From Chiloscyllium plagiosum (taxonomy: Eukaryota): DNA of 54,719 nt. The stretch is from positions 73,797,145 through 73,851,863 of the forward strand of contig NC_057717.1 in assembly GCF_004010195.1 (NCBI RefSeq), given 5' to 3'. The notes beneath the pieces were generated by a model. It was not told the DNA's origin. It saw only the letters and a list, made by a program, of their open reading frames with translations, and ran no database searches. This document shows positions 26,673 through 37,820 of the stretch, in pieces; positions within the stretch are counted from its first letter, which is position 1, and each line of letters starts with the position of its first letter. Position numbers and translations under genes: made by a program.

Positions 26673-27011
26673 TTACTGCTGCTGAGAAAATCCTCCATCA
26701 GACTCCTCCTTTACAAACAGCTGCCGTTGGAACCACTGTAATGCTGAATTGCCACGTTGATTGGTATGCGAGTGGAGGTGTTCACTGGTACAAACAACAG
26801 CAACGAGAATATCTACAATTCGTTTACATAGTACGTAAACACTTTGCTTCAAATGGAAGATTTTCTGGAAAAGTCAACGCTGACTCGAAAATATATACGC
26901 TTGTGATTCAGAATGTGCAAAGAAATGATTCAGGTCAATATTACTGTGCAGCTAGGGAATTTTATGGAGTCGCCTACAAAATGGGAAATGGATCGAAATT
27001 GCTTATAACAG
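26673..27011 (+). CDS. Ig V-set exon with germline-joined J-like G strand (VJ exon)
   Basis: Acceptor ctgttttaatAG (26671-72) and donor G|GTAGGG (27012); 339 nt, phase 1-1. V-set hallmarks: LHQTP, B-strand Cys (MLNC), WYKQ, GRFSG, YTLVIQNVQRNDSGQYYC, then a CDR3-like loop AAREFYGVAYK and J-like MGNGSKLLIT (cf. FGxGTxLxV). Confidence 0.95.
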
Positions 27012-27641
27012 GTAGGGTTAAAAATAGTTTACTCGTTTCACCATCAATAACGAGGAATGTTGGACTATAATTTTGCATTACCTCTAGCAGTCTCAAGATC
27101 ACTCCAGTGCAGTGTGTAAGTGAATAAATAATTAGGATGATAAGACAGATGAATGCCAGTTGCACAGATAATGCAGGACTTCAGATTCCTGGAACACTGG
27201 GAATGAGTTATGGCTGATGGAAAATTTTACAGGTGATGGTTGTGTTTGAACAGAGCTGGGACGAAATTTCTTGTGGAATGTTATGCTACTGTTACTGAGA
27301 GCAATTAACCCTAAATTGGAATTGGTGAGAGAAAGAGAAGCGAATAGTTGAAGACAATTCTTGGGTTCACATTCGCTTGAGATTATGGGTGGCTTTTGCA
27401 TAGAGAGTTCCAAGTTAATGCGTGAAGACTGAAAACTGGAGAAATAAATGACGTCCAAAATAGAACTAACATGCTTGGCAAATAGCTAACAATATTTGGG
27501 AGCTACAGGCACGATTGCCATGTAGGAACATAATATTGTAACAATGACAGAGCTCTGGCTGAAGTAGGGAAAGACTTATTCTACAGATAGAAAATGAAAG
27601 ACACGAGGAGGAATAGAACTATATGTTTAACTGGGTACTTA

Positions 27642-27956
27642 GGGTGGCACGGTGATTCAATGATTAGCACTACTGCCTCACAGCGCCAGGGACCTGTTTT
27701 TGATTCCCGCCATGGGCGACTGTCTGTGTGGAGTTTGGACATTCTCCATGTCTGCGTGGGTTTCCTCTTGGTGTTCCGGTTTTCTCCCACAATCCAAAAG
27801 ATGTACAGTTAGGAGAATTGGACACACTAAATTGCTCTGAGTGTTAGGTGAATTAGTCAGTGGTAAATGTAGGAGAATGGATCTGGGTGGGTTAGTCTTC
27901 GGAAGGTTGGTTAAGCCAAATGGCCTGTTTCCACACTGTATGGAATCTAATCTAAT
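27642..27956 (+). mobile_element. HE1-like SINE in the V-C intron
   Basis: gggtggcacggtgattcaatgattagcactactgcctcacagcgccagggacc head; tail ggcctgtttccacactgta..aatctaatctaat. Confidence 0.9.
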
Positions 27957-27989
27957 GTAGTTCAGTGCTGTTTCAGAGGGGTCAACAAC

Positions 27990-30539
27990 CAATATCGAGT
28001 GAAGGAATGATAGTAGAACGAGTACACCAATTATTGTAGCGAAATGTAAATCACCTCGTGAAGGAAATCTGCAGGAAATTTCCAGGACTTGTGAATGGTC
28101 GTAACTGAAGACATTAATTAGACAAATGGAATCTGGTCATTTATGGCACAATGAGGAGCAGGATTTTGTATACTGTATTCAGAACAGATTCCTAAAAAAG
28201 GAGCATGAAGCATTGTCAAAATTGATCCTTGGAAATGAGGTGGGCAAATTTGCCTTTGGGCAAATATTTTGTAGACAATGGCCTTTGTATTATACGTTTC
28301 AGTATGGTGATAGGAAACAAGTTGGTACAAGCCAAAGTGGGAACAAAATCAGTTAGGGAAGAAGTTAGCATCAATGGGGCAAAAGCAGAGTTGTGCACAA
28401 TTGGCTGGAACAAATGATTGGTGAAAACAAAAAAAAATCAATAAGACTGTAAGATACAGGAGCAAAATCGCCCATCTTTCCTCAGACATAAGGCCTAATA
28501 CTGCTCAGAGTATTCAAAATGCGGTCTACCAGAGCATTCTACAGCCTAAGCAGCATATGTTTGCTCTCGGTTTCTAGTCATCTTGGAATGAATGACAACT
28601 TCGCATTTGCCATCCTAACTGCCAACCCAACCTATAGGTTAATCTTGACAGAATTCTGAACGAGTACTCATAAGTCACTTTGAACGTCAGTTACTAAAGG
28701 CTTCCACACTTAGAAAATAAGTCTGTGTTCTTCCTACCATAGTAGATAACCTCACACTTTTCCACATTGCATTTAATCTGCCACTTATCTGCAAAAGTGC
28801 CTCACATGTTTAAATTCTTTTATTTGAAACTCCCTGCTTCCTGAACACCACCTATACTTCCACTTACCTTTGCTTCATTTGCGAATATAGCAACAACACA
28901 TTCACTTCCAACGACCACATCGTTAATATTTAATGTGAACGGTTGTGGTCCCAACACTAACGCCTTTGGAACTCCACTAGTCACCGGCTGCCATCCTGAA
29001 AAAAAAAGATCACGTTATCCTTCCTCTCTGCCTTGTTCCAGCCAGCCAATCCTCTATCCATGCCAGTGCCTTTCTTCCTTCAAACTGGAGATGGATCAGG
29101 TATAATCAAATGATTTTTCTTAACGTGAAGATTGGTTTATCTTTCCACTCTGCCTTCTTCCAGTCAACCAATCTTCTATCCATGATAGTGCCTTGCCTCC
29201 TTCAAAACGGACATGGATCAGGTACAGTCAAGACATTTTTTAAACGAGATGATAGGACAAACAAGTTATGAGTTCCCTGGATAATAGTGGAGATAGAAAC
29301 TAAAATTAAACAGAAAAAAAATCGTGCTTATGACAGGTATGAGGCTGAATTAACATTAAGATCCAACAGCAACAATGCAGGTTTAGAGGGGAATTGAAAA
29401 AGCAAATAAGACAAGAAAAAGTACTTCCAAGACCACAATAACAGGTAACAGAAGAGGGAATCGCAAATCATCGGATTGGTAGATGCAACTATGAGTGGGT
29501 AATGGAAGAGTAGGGTCGATTCGAGTCCACAAGGTGATTTATACATTGAAGCGGGATCATAGCTGAGATGTTAAATGAATACGCTATATATTTATGGAAG
29601 AAGTGGATGTTGTCCCTGGCTATGGTGATAGCAGAGGATTTATTTGTCACTGTAAGAAGTCAGACAGAATCGTAAGCTGTAAGGATGACAACAAAGGACA
29701 TTGACAAGGTAGTGGATTGAATGGAAAGGTGATATATAAGGTTCAATGTGAGTTGAGTCACTTCGGTGGGAAGAATTTTGAAATACACAATAAAGTAGAT
29801 GGTACAATGATAAAGGAGAGCAGGAACAGGGGGACCTTGGTATGTATGTGCTCACATCATTGAAGGTGACAGGTCCTGTGCAGAGAGAGCAGTCGATGAA
29901 GAATGCTGTGCCCTTGGCTTTATTAATTGGAGCAAAAGGTCGAAGAGCAAGGAGATGTTGAAGTTTCAAAAGATGTGCTAGATATCAGCTGGCATGTTTT
30001 GTAATATTGTGGGTGTTACAGTATCGCTGAGAATACAAAACACTGGCAATAGGGCAGAAAAGATTTACAAGAATGTATCCAGGAATGACAAGTTTCAAAT
30101 ATGTTGATAAAAATAAGGAAGTAGGGTTGTTCTCTTTGGCGAAAAGAAAGATGAGAGAAGACTTGATCGATATTTTCAAAATCATGAGCAGCTTCTAGAG
30201 TAGAGGAGGAGAATCTTTTCCTGCTGCTGAAAGGAACGTGGACGATCGGGAACAATTTCAATATAAACAACAGTGTTGTGGAAATTAAACTTTATTTCAC
30301 CCAGCAAGTAGTTAGGCTATGGAATGCAGTGGCTTTAAATGTGGTGAGGGAATTTCAGTTGAGGCATTTGTAGAAACATTGGATTTTTTTTTAATGGAAG
30401 TAGTGTGCCGAAGACATACAGAAAGAAAATAAATCAAGAGCATTCGAATAAGAGTATGATGCTCGTTTACGGAGCCCATGCAGGCACAATAGGGAGAATG
30501 GTCCTGCTCAATGTTATAACAATTTTGTGATTCTGTGAT
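27990..30539. mobile_element. Old CR1 fragments filling the V-C intron (plus, minus about 28480-29070, plus)
   Basis: Degenerate ORF2 motifs; the last fragment ends in an attttgtgattctgtgat tail at 30539. Confidence 0.75.
29015..29250. repeat. Diverged tandem duplication, about 122 bp period
   Basis: ttatccttcctctctgccttgttccagccagccaatc...atggatcaggta at 29015 and ttatctttccactctgccttcttccagtcaaccaatc...atggatcaggta at 29137. Confidence 0.85.
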
Positions 30540-30557
30540 GCTTCTCCAACTCAACAG

Positions 30558-30860
30558 GTTCCCCAACTGTCTTTCTCTTATCATCACCACTGGATGAAAT
30601 GTTTCACATGGAATCTATCACATTGGTATGCTTAGTAAACAACGTGTTCTCTGATTCATTTCCCATCGGCTGGAATATTACCACAAGGGATAACAAGGCT
30701 TGGACGTATTCGGGGACAATTATCTCTGCTGGAGAATACGGTATCATAAGTCACTTCAGAGTCCCAGCAGAAACATGGAAACACGGAGCTTTAATCACTT
30801 GCTCAGTTCAAATCAACTCAGAAGAAATTCTTACCAGTGAAAATATCTCCTATAGAAGAG
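30558..30860 (+). CDS. Ig C1-set constant-domain exon
   Basis: Acceptor cttctccaactcaacAG (30556-57) and donor G|GTAAAT (30861); 303 nt, phase 1-1. SPTVFLLSSP, TLVCLVNNVFSD, C-strand Trp (IGWN) and SHFRVPAETWKHGALITCSV resemble Ig light-chain/TCR constant domains. Confidence 0.92.
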
Positions 30861-31467
30861 GTAAATGTTGATATAGATGATGTTTATTGATTTTGCATAA
30901 TCTTCTCCCTTTTTATATCTGCCTCCGATCATTTGGACTTTTATTGATTGCATTATTCAATGCCACACTGTTTAGCTGTACGAATAATGCTCTGAATCTA
31001 TTTGAGCAGGCCATTCGTGTATACTAAGGTAAAGTAAATAACTCCTTGCTTTCACAGATTAAAATTGGAAAAATGAAGCTGTATTTACAAACTACAGCTG
31101 AATTTCAAAACAAATTCCATTCTGGAAACAGATGATTTGACACGTCAGAAAAACGCCATTATTCCTGTTCTACACAAATATCGCCCTGGCAAAGTTTTGG
31201 TAGTGCCATCACCACAAACCCAAGTCCAGATATTTTATATTCCAAAATGCACTTAAAATACCTGATGCCTAAAACTCTGTACACATTTCGAAATGCGGAG
31301 CGCTGTCTGAGGACAGAAATTGTCACCTCAAATCCGGATTCGGACACTGGAGTGACACCATGATATTAGAACATGAAACAGAACAGTACAACACAGGAAT
31401 AAGCCAATCACCACATGTCTGTGTTGACCATGATTCTATTTTAAACTAATCTCGCATTACTGTTTAC

Positions 31468-31781
31468 TTAGATTAGACTAGTTACAGTGTGGAAACAGGC
31501 CCTTCGGGCCAATATGTCCATATCGACCCGCCGAAGCACAACCCAGACCCAATCCCCTGCATTTACCCCTTCACCTAACACTACGGACAATTTAGCCTGG
31601 CCAATTCACCTAACCTGCATATTTCTGGTTTGTGGGAGGAAACCGGAGCACCTGGAGAAACCCACGCGGACACGGGGAGAATGTGCAAACTCCACACAGA
31701 GAGTCGCCTGAGGCGAGAATTGAACCTGGGTCTCTGGCGCTCTGAGGCAGTGGTGCTAACCAATTTGCCACCGTGCCACCC
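31468..31781 (-). mobile_element. HE1-like SINE (reverse) in the C-TM intron
   Basis: ttagattag..acagtgtggaaacaggcccttcgg ... tgccaccgtgccaccc. Confidence 0.9.
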
Positions 31782-32090
31782 GTGGTTCGTTTCCAGCCTG
31801 AGGTGATTATCTGTTTGGAGTTCATGCATTCTCCCCACGCTTGCATTGTTTTCCACCAGGTGCTCCAGTTTCCTCTAACAATCCAAAGATGTGCAGGTTT
31901 GGCAGATTTAACCTAATTTGGCCTGAGTGTCCAGGCTGTGCAGGTTCGGTGAATTAGCCATGGTAAATGTGGGGTTATTCAGATACATGTGGACTTGGTC
32001 TAAGTGTTCTTCATAATGTCGGTTTAGATTCGATGGGGCAAATTACCTCTTTCTGCAGTGTAGGGATTCTACGATCCTACGATTTTACCA
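31782..32090 (+). mobile_element. Older SINE, head-to-head with the previous one
   Basis: ggttcgtttccagcc..ggtgctccagtttcctc..ccaaagatgtgcagg..gtagggattctacgat tail. Confidence 0.75.
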
Positions 32091-33996
32091 AATGTCTGCT
32101 TAGTTTCCACGTGTCTTTATTATTTGCCTGTTCATGCATCCATATAAATGTCTCTTAAACTTTGCTAACGCGTCCTGTGGCAATGCATTTCAGGCACGTA
32201 TCACATTTAGCAAAACACTTTCCTCACGCATGCCATTTAACTTTCTGTCATTTTATTAAGACTATGCCCCCGAGAATTTGACACTTCCAGGAAAGAGACT
32301 CAAACTATCCAACCTATTTATGTCTCTTATAATGTTGCATAATTCTATCAGGTTACTCGTCAACCTACGTTGCTCCTGCAAAACAAAGCAAAAAGTTAAA
32401 TTTTGGCCAACATTCCTTTGGAGCTAAGGAATACCTTGGAAAATTTCTCCTGCATCCTCTCCAAAGCCTATCATAATTGCGTATAGTACTTCCAATGTGG
32501 CCTCACTAATGATTTAAACAGTTGCAACATGACGTGCCAATTGTTTTCTACTCAACACCCTGACTAACGAAGGCAAGATTCTGTATTTCTTCCTTACTAC
32601 GTTTTCCACTCCTATTACCGCAATGAGGGAACTGTAGGCACAATCTCTTCCAGGTTCGGTTTTCCTCAATAGTAGAAACATCTTCCAAATTCATTTTATT
32701 TAACAACCACGATTAGAGGTAACAACTCTCTATCAGAACACCACTTTTTTCCCCCCTTTGCTCGAGGGGACAAAAAGAAAAGAAAGATTTTTCATTCGTT
32801 TAGATTGGCTAAACCATTATAATCTGGGCTCATAGAAGGATTTTTTTCACTATCCTGCAGAGCGTAAATAAGCTCTTGAAAATCAAAACCAGTCCTGCTC
32901 GTCATTTCATGAGTTTGATCAAATGAACGTTCTCTTGGCTAACTCCATGAATCGATTACTTTGTATTAATGTGAGTTCGAAGGTGGATTTTAATTCATTT
33001 CCTTTCGATATAGTTGTTAAACTGCGTGAACTTCTTTTTTTTTTTAACTGTTTCTTCTACTCGTGGTGAAAAATCACTATTCTTCTGCCCTGAAAGTTAA
33101 TCATTTTACAAATTCAATGTAACTTCCTAAGTCTCTTCGACCAAATGACACTTTTGAAATATTTTGATCAACATGGAAGAACAAAAACAGCATTTCCATA
33201 ATTATAGATGTGTTATATTGTAATGAGGTTTGAATAAGAGTCATTTTTTCACAACGATACGCAAGTGACAATTATTTATAAACTAGATTTAATTCAAACG
33301 ATTATTATCGATTTATGAAAGTAGCATGGAAAATATTTAACAGAGCACTTATTGAGAGTAATGGCTGCATGGTTCGTTATATGATTGAAGAAGATCTAAC
33401 TTGTATAAAATTGCTGAAATGAACAGTACAGTGTCTTCGAACATATTGACATAGAAACAATTTATTGACTGCTACAAGCTAAATCTGAGAACACAGAACA
33501 GAAGTTGGAAGACAGGGAAGAAGCATTAAGCTTTTGGAAATGGGTAAATATTAACTTGCATCGTTGGTGGAATGGTTGAGAAATTTCCTTCAAGGGGACG
33601 GATGAAATTGTACATTGGATACTGATATGTAGAAACATATGCAGAGATGTTAGTGTAATTGTTTTGATTTTGCTTTTATGTGGAAAGAAATTTGAAGGAG
33701 TTCATAGCTTCAATCAGCATCTGACACTTCAATGATTCCAAAGTAACATTATTCCATACTGTTTCTTTTCACATTTATCTCACTCTCCTTTCCACTCTTC
33801 TCGATTCATTCTGCCTTTCCATTATTTTACATTTAATCTGGGTGGTTAATATTTAATTTAGTTTCTGGGCTTTTGGAGATTCTGACAAGGGTAATTTAGT
33901 TTCCCTATTCTCTCTTACTTTGAATTGGAATGGTGAGTCTTTAAGTAACTGATAATTCAATTCTGAACTTTTAACGGGTTTCTCTGTCTTCTCCAG

Positions 33997-34107
33997 AGTC
34001 CCAACGTGTCAATTGCCATTTAATGTATTACTGGAATTCATTGATGATAATGCTCCCTCTCCTGATGTTAGCTGCCACAAGTTGGATTTACAAGAAATGT
34101 TATTCAG
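33997..34107 (+). CDS. Stalk + transmembrane exon
   Basis: Strong acceptor tttctctgtcttctccAG (33995-96) and donor CAG|GTAGGA; 111 nt, phase 1-1, open in the required frame. Encodes ESQRVNCH-LMYYWNSLMIMLPLLMLAATSWIY-KKCYS: a hydrophobic span followed by a KK stop-transfer. Confidence 0.85.
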
Positions 34108-34289
34108 GTAGGATGTGTCCATTGGTGCTGTTACTACATCATCTCACATACCTCAGATACAGTTTCATTGTTTGATTTGATGTTTAAGTTAATTAGCCGA
34201 AACAAGCCTGCCCTGTGGTGGTGCAGTGTTACTGTCCTCAACTAAGGCCTGGAAGACCCGGGAGCAAGGCGGGCCGACCTCAAAAGTAT

Positions 34290-36368
34290 AAAGAACAATA
34301 CAGCACAGAAAGAAGCCATTCGGCCCTCCAAGCCTGCCCCGTTTTTCCATTCCATGCTAAAAATGTCTTCACTTAAAAGAGCTATAACTTGCTATTCCGT
34401 TCCTACTCATATATTCTTCCAGGTGCTTCTTGATTGTTGCCATTGTGTCTGATTCCACCACCTCCTCTGGGAACGTGTTCCTAGCATTCACTACCTTTTC
34501 AGTGAAACCGTTGCCTCACACGTCTGTTTTAAACTTCCCCCGCATCTCACATCTTGCGCCTGCATGCTCTAGTAAGTGACCTCTCTACCATGAGAAAGAT
34601 CTTTATACTTTCCACTCTATCTATGCAATTCAGAATCGTTTAAACTTCTACTCTGCCATCCCTCAAACTCGTACCTTCCAGTGAAAACAAACCAGTCGTG
34701 CCAACATCTCATCATTAGCTAAAATCCCCGATACCAGGCAGCATTCTAGTCAACCTTTTCTCTACCGTCTCCAAAGCATCCGCATCATTCTGGTCGTGTG
34801 GTGAAAAGACCTGTACAAATATTCCAAGTGTGGCCGAACTATTGTTCTAAAAAGCTGTAGCATAACTTGTCCATCTTCATACTCAAAGCCTTTCCAATGA
34901 AGGCAAGCATCCCATACGCCTTTTTTAAACTACCTTATCTGCCTACGATGTCAACTTCAGTGATCTGTTCACCTGCACGTAGAGATCCCTCCGTATATCA
35001 ATACTCCTAAAAGTTCTGCCAATCACTCTATGGTTTCCACCTGTATTTGACCTTCCAAAATTCATCACCTCACATTTGTCCAGATTGAACTCCTTCCACC
35101 ATTTTTCTGGTGATGCCTCCAAGTGATCTATATCTTGCTATATCCTCTGACAATTCTCCTCACTCTACACAACCTCAACAATCTTTTTGTCGACCACAAG
35201 CTTACTAATTTGACCGTTTGCATTTTTCTCCAAAACTTTTATGTCGATCACGAACAGTAGAGGTGCCCACACTGACCCCTGTGGCCCACCGTTAGTCACA
35301 GCCCTCCATTCAGAAAACCATCACGCCACTTCTACCTCTGTTTCCTATGTCTACGCCAGTTCGGTATCAATCTTGCCAGCTCACCCTGATATCATGTGAC
35401 CTCACCTTTTGTACCAGCCTGCCATGAGGTACCTTGTCAAAAGCTTTAATGAAGTCTATGTTGGCAACATGAACTGCTCATCCCTCATCAATCATCTTTG
35501 TCATGCCTTCAAAAAAAGCGATTAAATTAGTGTTGCATGACCTCCCCCAGTCAAAACCGTGCTGTTTATCACTAATAGGTCCTTCTCCCTCATAATATTT
35601 ACGAATAACTTACTGATTACCGACATGAGACTCATAGGACTGGAATTACTAGAAATATCCTGGCTACCGTCCCGAATCAAAGGGACAATGTTGTCTACTC
35701 TCCAGTCCTTTGGGACCTCACCTGTGTTCAAAGACGATACAAAGATGTATGTTAATGCCCCAGCAATTTCATCTCTTGCCTCCATTAATATTCTTGGATG
35801 GATTGCATCATGGACTTATCTACCTTAATACGTTTTAAGACGCACAACACCTCTTCCTTTTTAATAGCAACTTCACTTGAACACTCGGCACTCCCCTCAC
35901 TGAGATCATGCTCCACCAATTCATTCTCATTGGTGAATACAAACACCATCTCTTCTGGCTCCACACATAGCTTTACTCCTTTGCCCTTCAGTGGGCCAAC
36001 CCTTTCCCTGGATGCCCTCGTGCTTTTTATGTATGTGTAAAAGGCCTTCAGACTCTCCTCAATCGTGTTTGCCAACAATGTTTCATCACCCCTTTTCACC
36101 CATCAAATTCCGTGTTTAAGTTCTTTCCTTATACATTTCAAGGGTTTCGGCAGTTCCCATCCTCCTAGAATTTATGTATGTTACCTTTTACTTTCTGACC
36201 AATGTCTGGTAGTCCGCTCCTGAAGTCTTATCAACTACTATCTGAAATACCCCAACGTGAACAATTTGGATTTACCCTCGAACAGCCACCTCCAATCAAA
36301 ATTCTCCAGTACCTGCCTAAAACCGTTGTAGTACAATGTCCCCAAATTTAACACCATCATCAGTCAGG
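34290..36368 (-). mobile_element. CR1 ORF2 fragment in the TM-cyto1 intron
   Basis: GEVPKDWRVDNIVPL, KAFYTYIKSTR..RERVGPLK and a CR1 3' end at the left. Confidence 0.88.
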
Positions 36369-36409
36369 TTTATATCATTTTAAATGCTAATTTTCTTTCT
36401 TTGCTTCAG

Positions 36410-36465
36410 GTAACTGCGGGAAAGAATCATCCACAGATGCTAGACCACGTAATCCAGAGCAGCAG
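36410..36465 (+). CDS. Cytoplasmic exon 1
   Basis: Branch-like gctaat, acceptor ttttctttctttgcttcAG (36408-09) and donor CAG|GTAAAT; 56 nt, phase 1-0. Encodes GNCGKESSTDARPRNPEQQ and sits in a small unique island between two CR1 fragments. Confidence 0.75.
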
Positions 36466-36749
36466 GTAAATGCATGAGCTTTTTTTTCTCTCTACAAGTG
36501 TACTTGAATTACTTTGGCTTGAAAAATAATGTTTAAGACAGATGATGAAGATGAATGAATAATTCTAAAGATTTCAGTGTGAACAATACAAAAGATTACT
36601 GTTTAACATTTTGGTCGAAATTAAATCTGCAGAAGGTATACACGTGGATACTTAAAGTAAAAGGTTATATGTAAATACAAAAGGAATACTGCATTCAACG
36701 ATGACAGGTTGAAAGCAGTTATAGACCGGTGAGCTTTACTTCAGTTGAG

Positions 36750-37820
36750 AGTAAAAGTTTGGAAAAGGATATCAGACATAGGATTTATAATCATCACGAG
36801 AGGACTATGTTGATTCGGGATAGTCAACACTGTTTTGTGAAGGGTAAGTAGTTCCCCACATACCTTATTGTGTTCTTTGAGAAGGTGACCAAACAGGTGG
36901 CTGAGGGTCAACTATTTGATGTGGTGTACATGGATTTCAGTAAGGCGTTTGCCAATGTTCCCAACAATAGCCTATTGCACAAAATATGGAGGCATGGGAT
37001 TGAGGGTGATTTAGCGGTTTGGATAAGAAATTGGCTAGCTGGAAAATAATATGGTGTTAGTTGATGGGAAATGTTCATTGCGGAGTTCAATTACTGGCGG
37101 TGTAAAGCAAAGGATCTGTTTTGGGTCACTGCTGTTTGTAAGTTCCTGAATGGCCTCGACGAGGGCTTGGAAAGACATGTTAGTAAATTTACGGAAGACA
37201 CTAAAGTTGGTGGAGTTGTGGATAGTCCTGAAGGAATTTGTGGGTGACAGAGGGGCATAGGTAAGCTGCAGAACTGTACTGTGAGGTGACAAATGTAATT
37301 TGAAATGGTAAAGTGTGAGGCGATTCATTTCGTAAGGCGTAACAGGAATAAAGTTTACTGGGGTATTGGTAAGATTCTTAGTAGTGTAGAAGAGCAGAGA
37401 GATCTCGGTGCACATGTACATATATCCCTGAAAGTTACCACCCAAGTTAATAGGGGTGTTAAGAAGGTGTATGGTGTGTTAGCTTTTACTTGTAGAGAGA
37501 TTGAGCGTCTGAGCCACGAGATCATGCTGCAGCTGTACAAAACTCTAGTGCGGCCGCAATTGGAGTATTGTTTACAGTTCTGGTCGTTGATAGATAAAGA
37601 ACTGATATCAGGCGTAGTTTGCTTACTCAGAGAGTAGTGGGAACGTGGAACACATTGCCTGAAAGAGCAATTTTAGGGTTTTTGAATGGTCATTGGGTCA
37701 ACATATGGACGAAAATGGAATAGTGCAGGATAGATAGGCTTCAGATTCGTTCCAAAAGTCGGTGCAATATCGAAGACCAAAGGGCCTGTTCTGTGCTATC
37801 ATGTTCTTATGTTCTACGTT
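36750..37820 (+). mobile_element. CR1 ORF2 3' fragment
   Basis: MDFSKAF..VP, LYKTLVRPQLEYCLQFWS and a tail atgttcttatgttcta. Confidence 0.88.

Noticed and set aside
27012-27070. ORF-track extension of V to a stop (secreted V-only form)
   Set aside because: Simple read-through into the intron past a good donor; no evidence without transcripts.
27642-27720. tRNA genes
   Set aside because: tRNA-like A/B-box heads here and at 8451, 31781 and 39696 are SINE 5' ends, not complete cloverleafs.
26673-30860. Ordinary germline-joined shark Ig light chain or a TCR chain
   Set aside because: The C exon ends in a splice donor rather than Cys-stop and is followed by TM and tyrosine-motif exons. The TM lacks the TCR charged residues, there is no octamer, and the J motif is non-canonical.
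33479-33543. Possible extra stalk exon (AKSENTEQKLEDREEALSFWKW) before GTAAAT
   Set aside because: Poor polypyrimidine tract, and it ends in phase 0, incompatible with the phase-1 TM exon.
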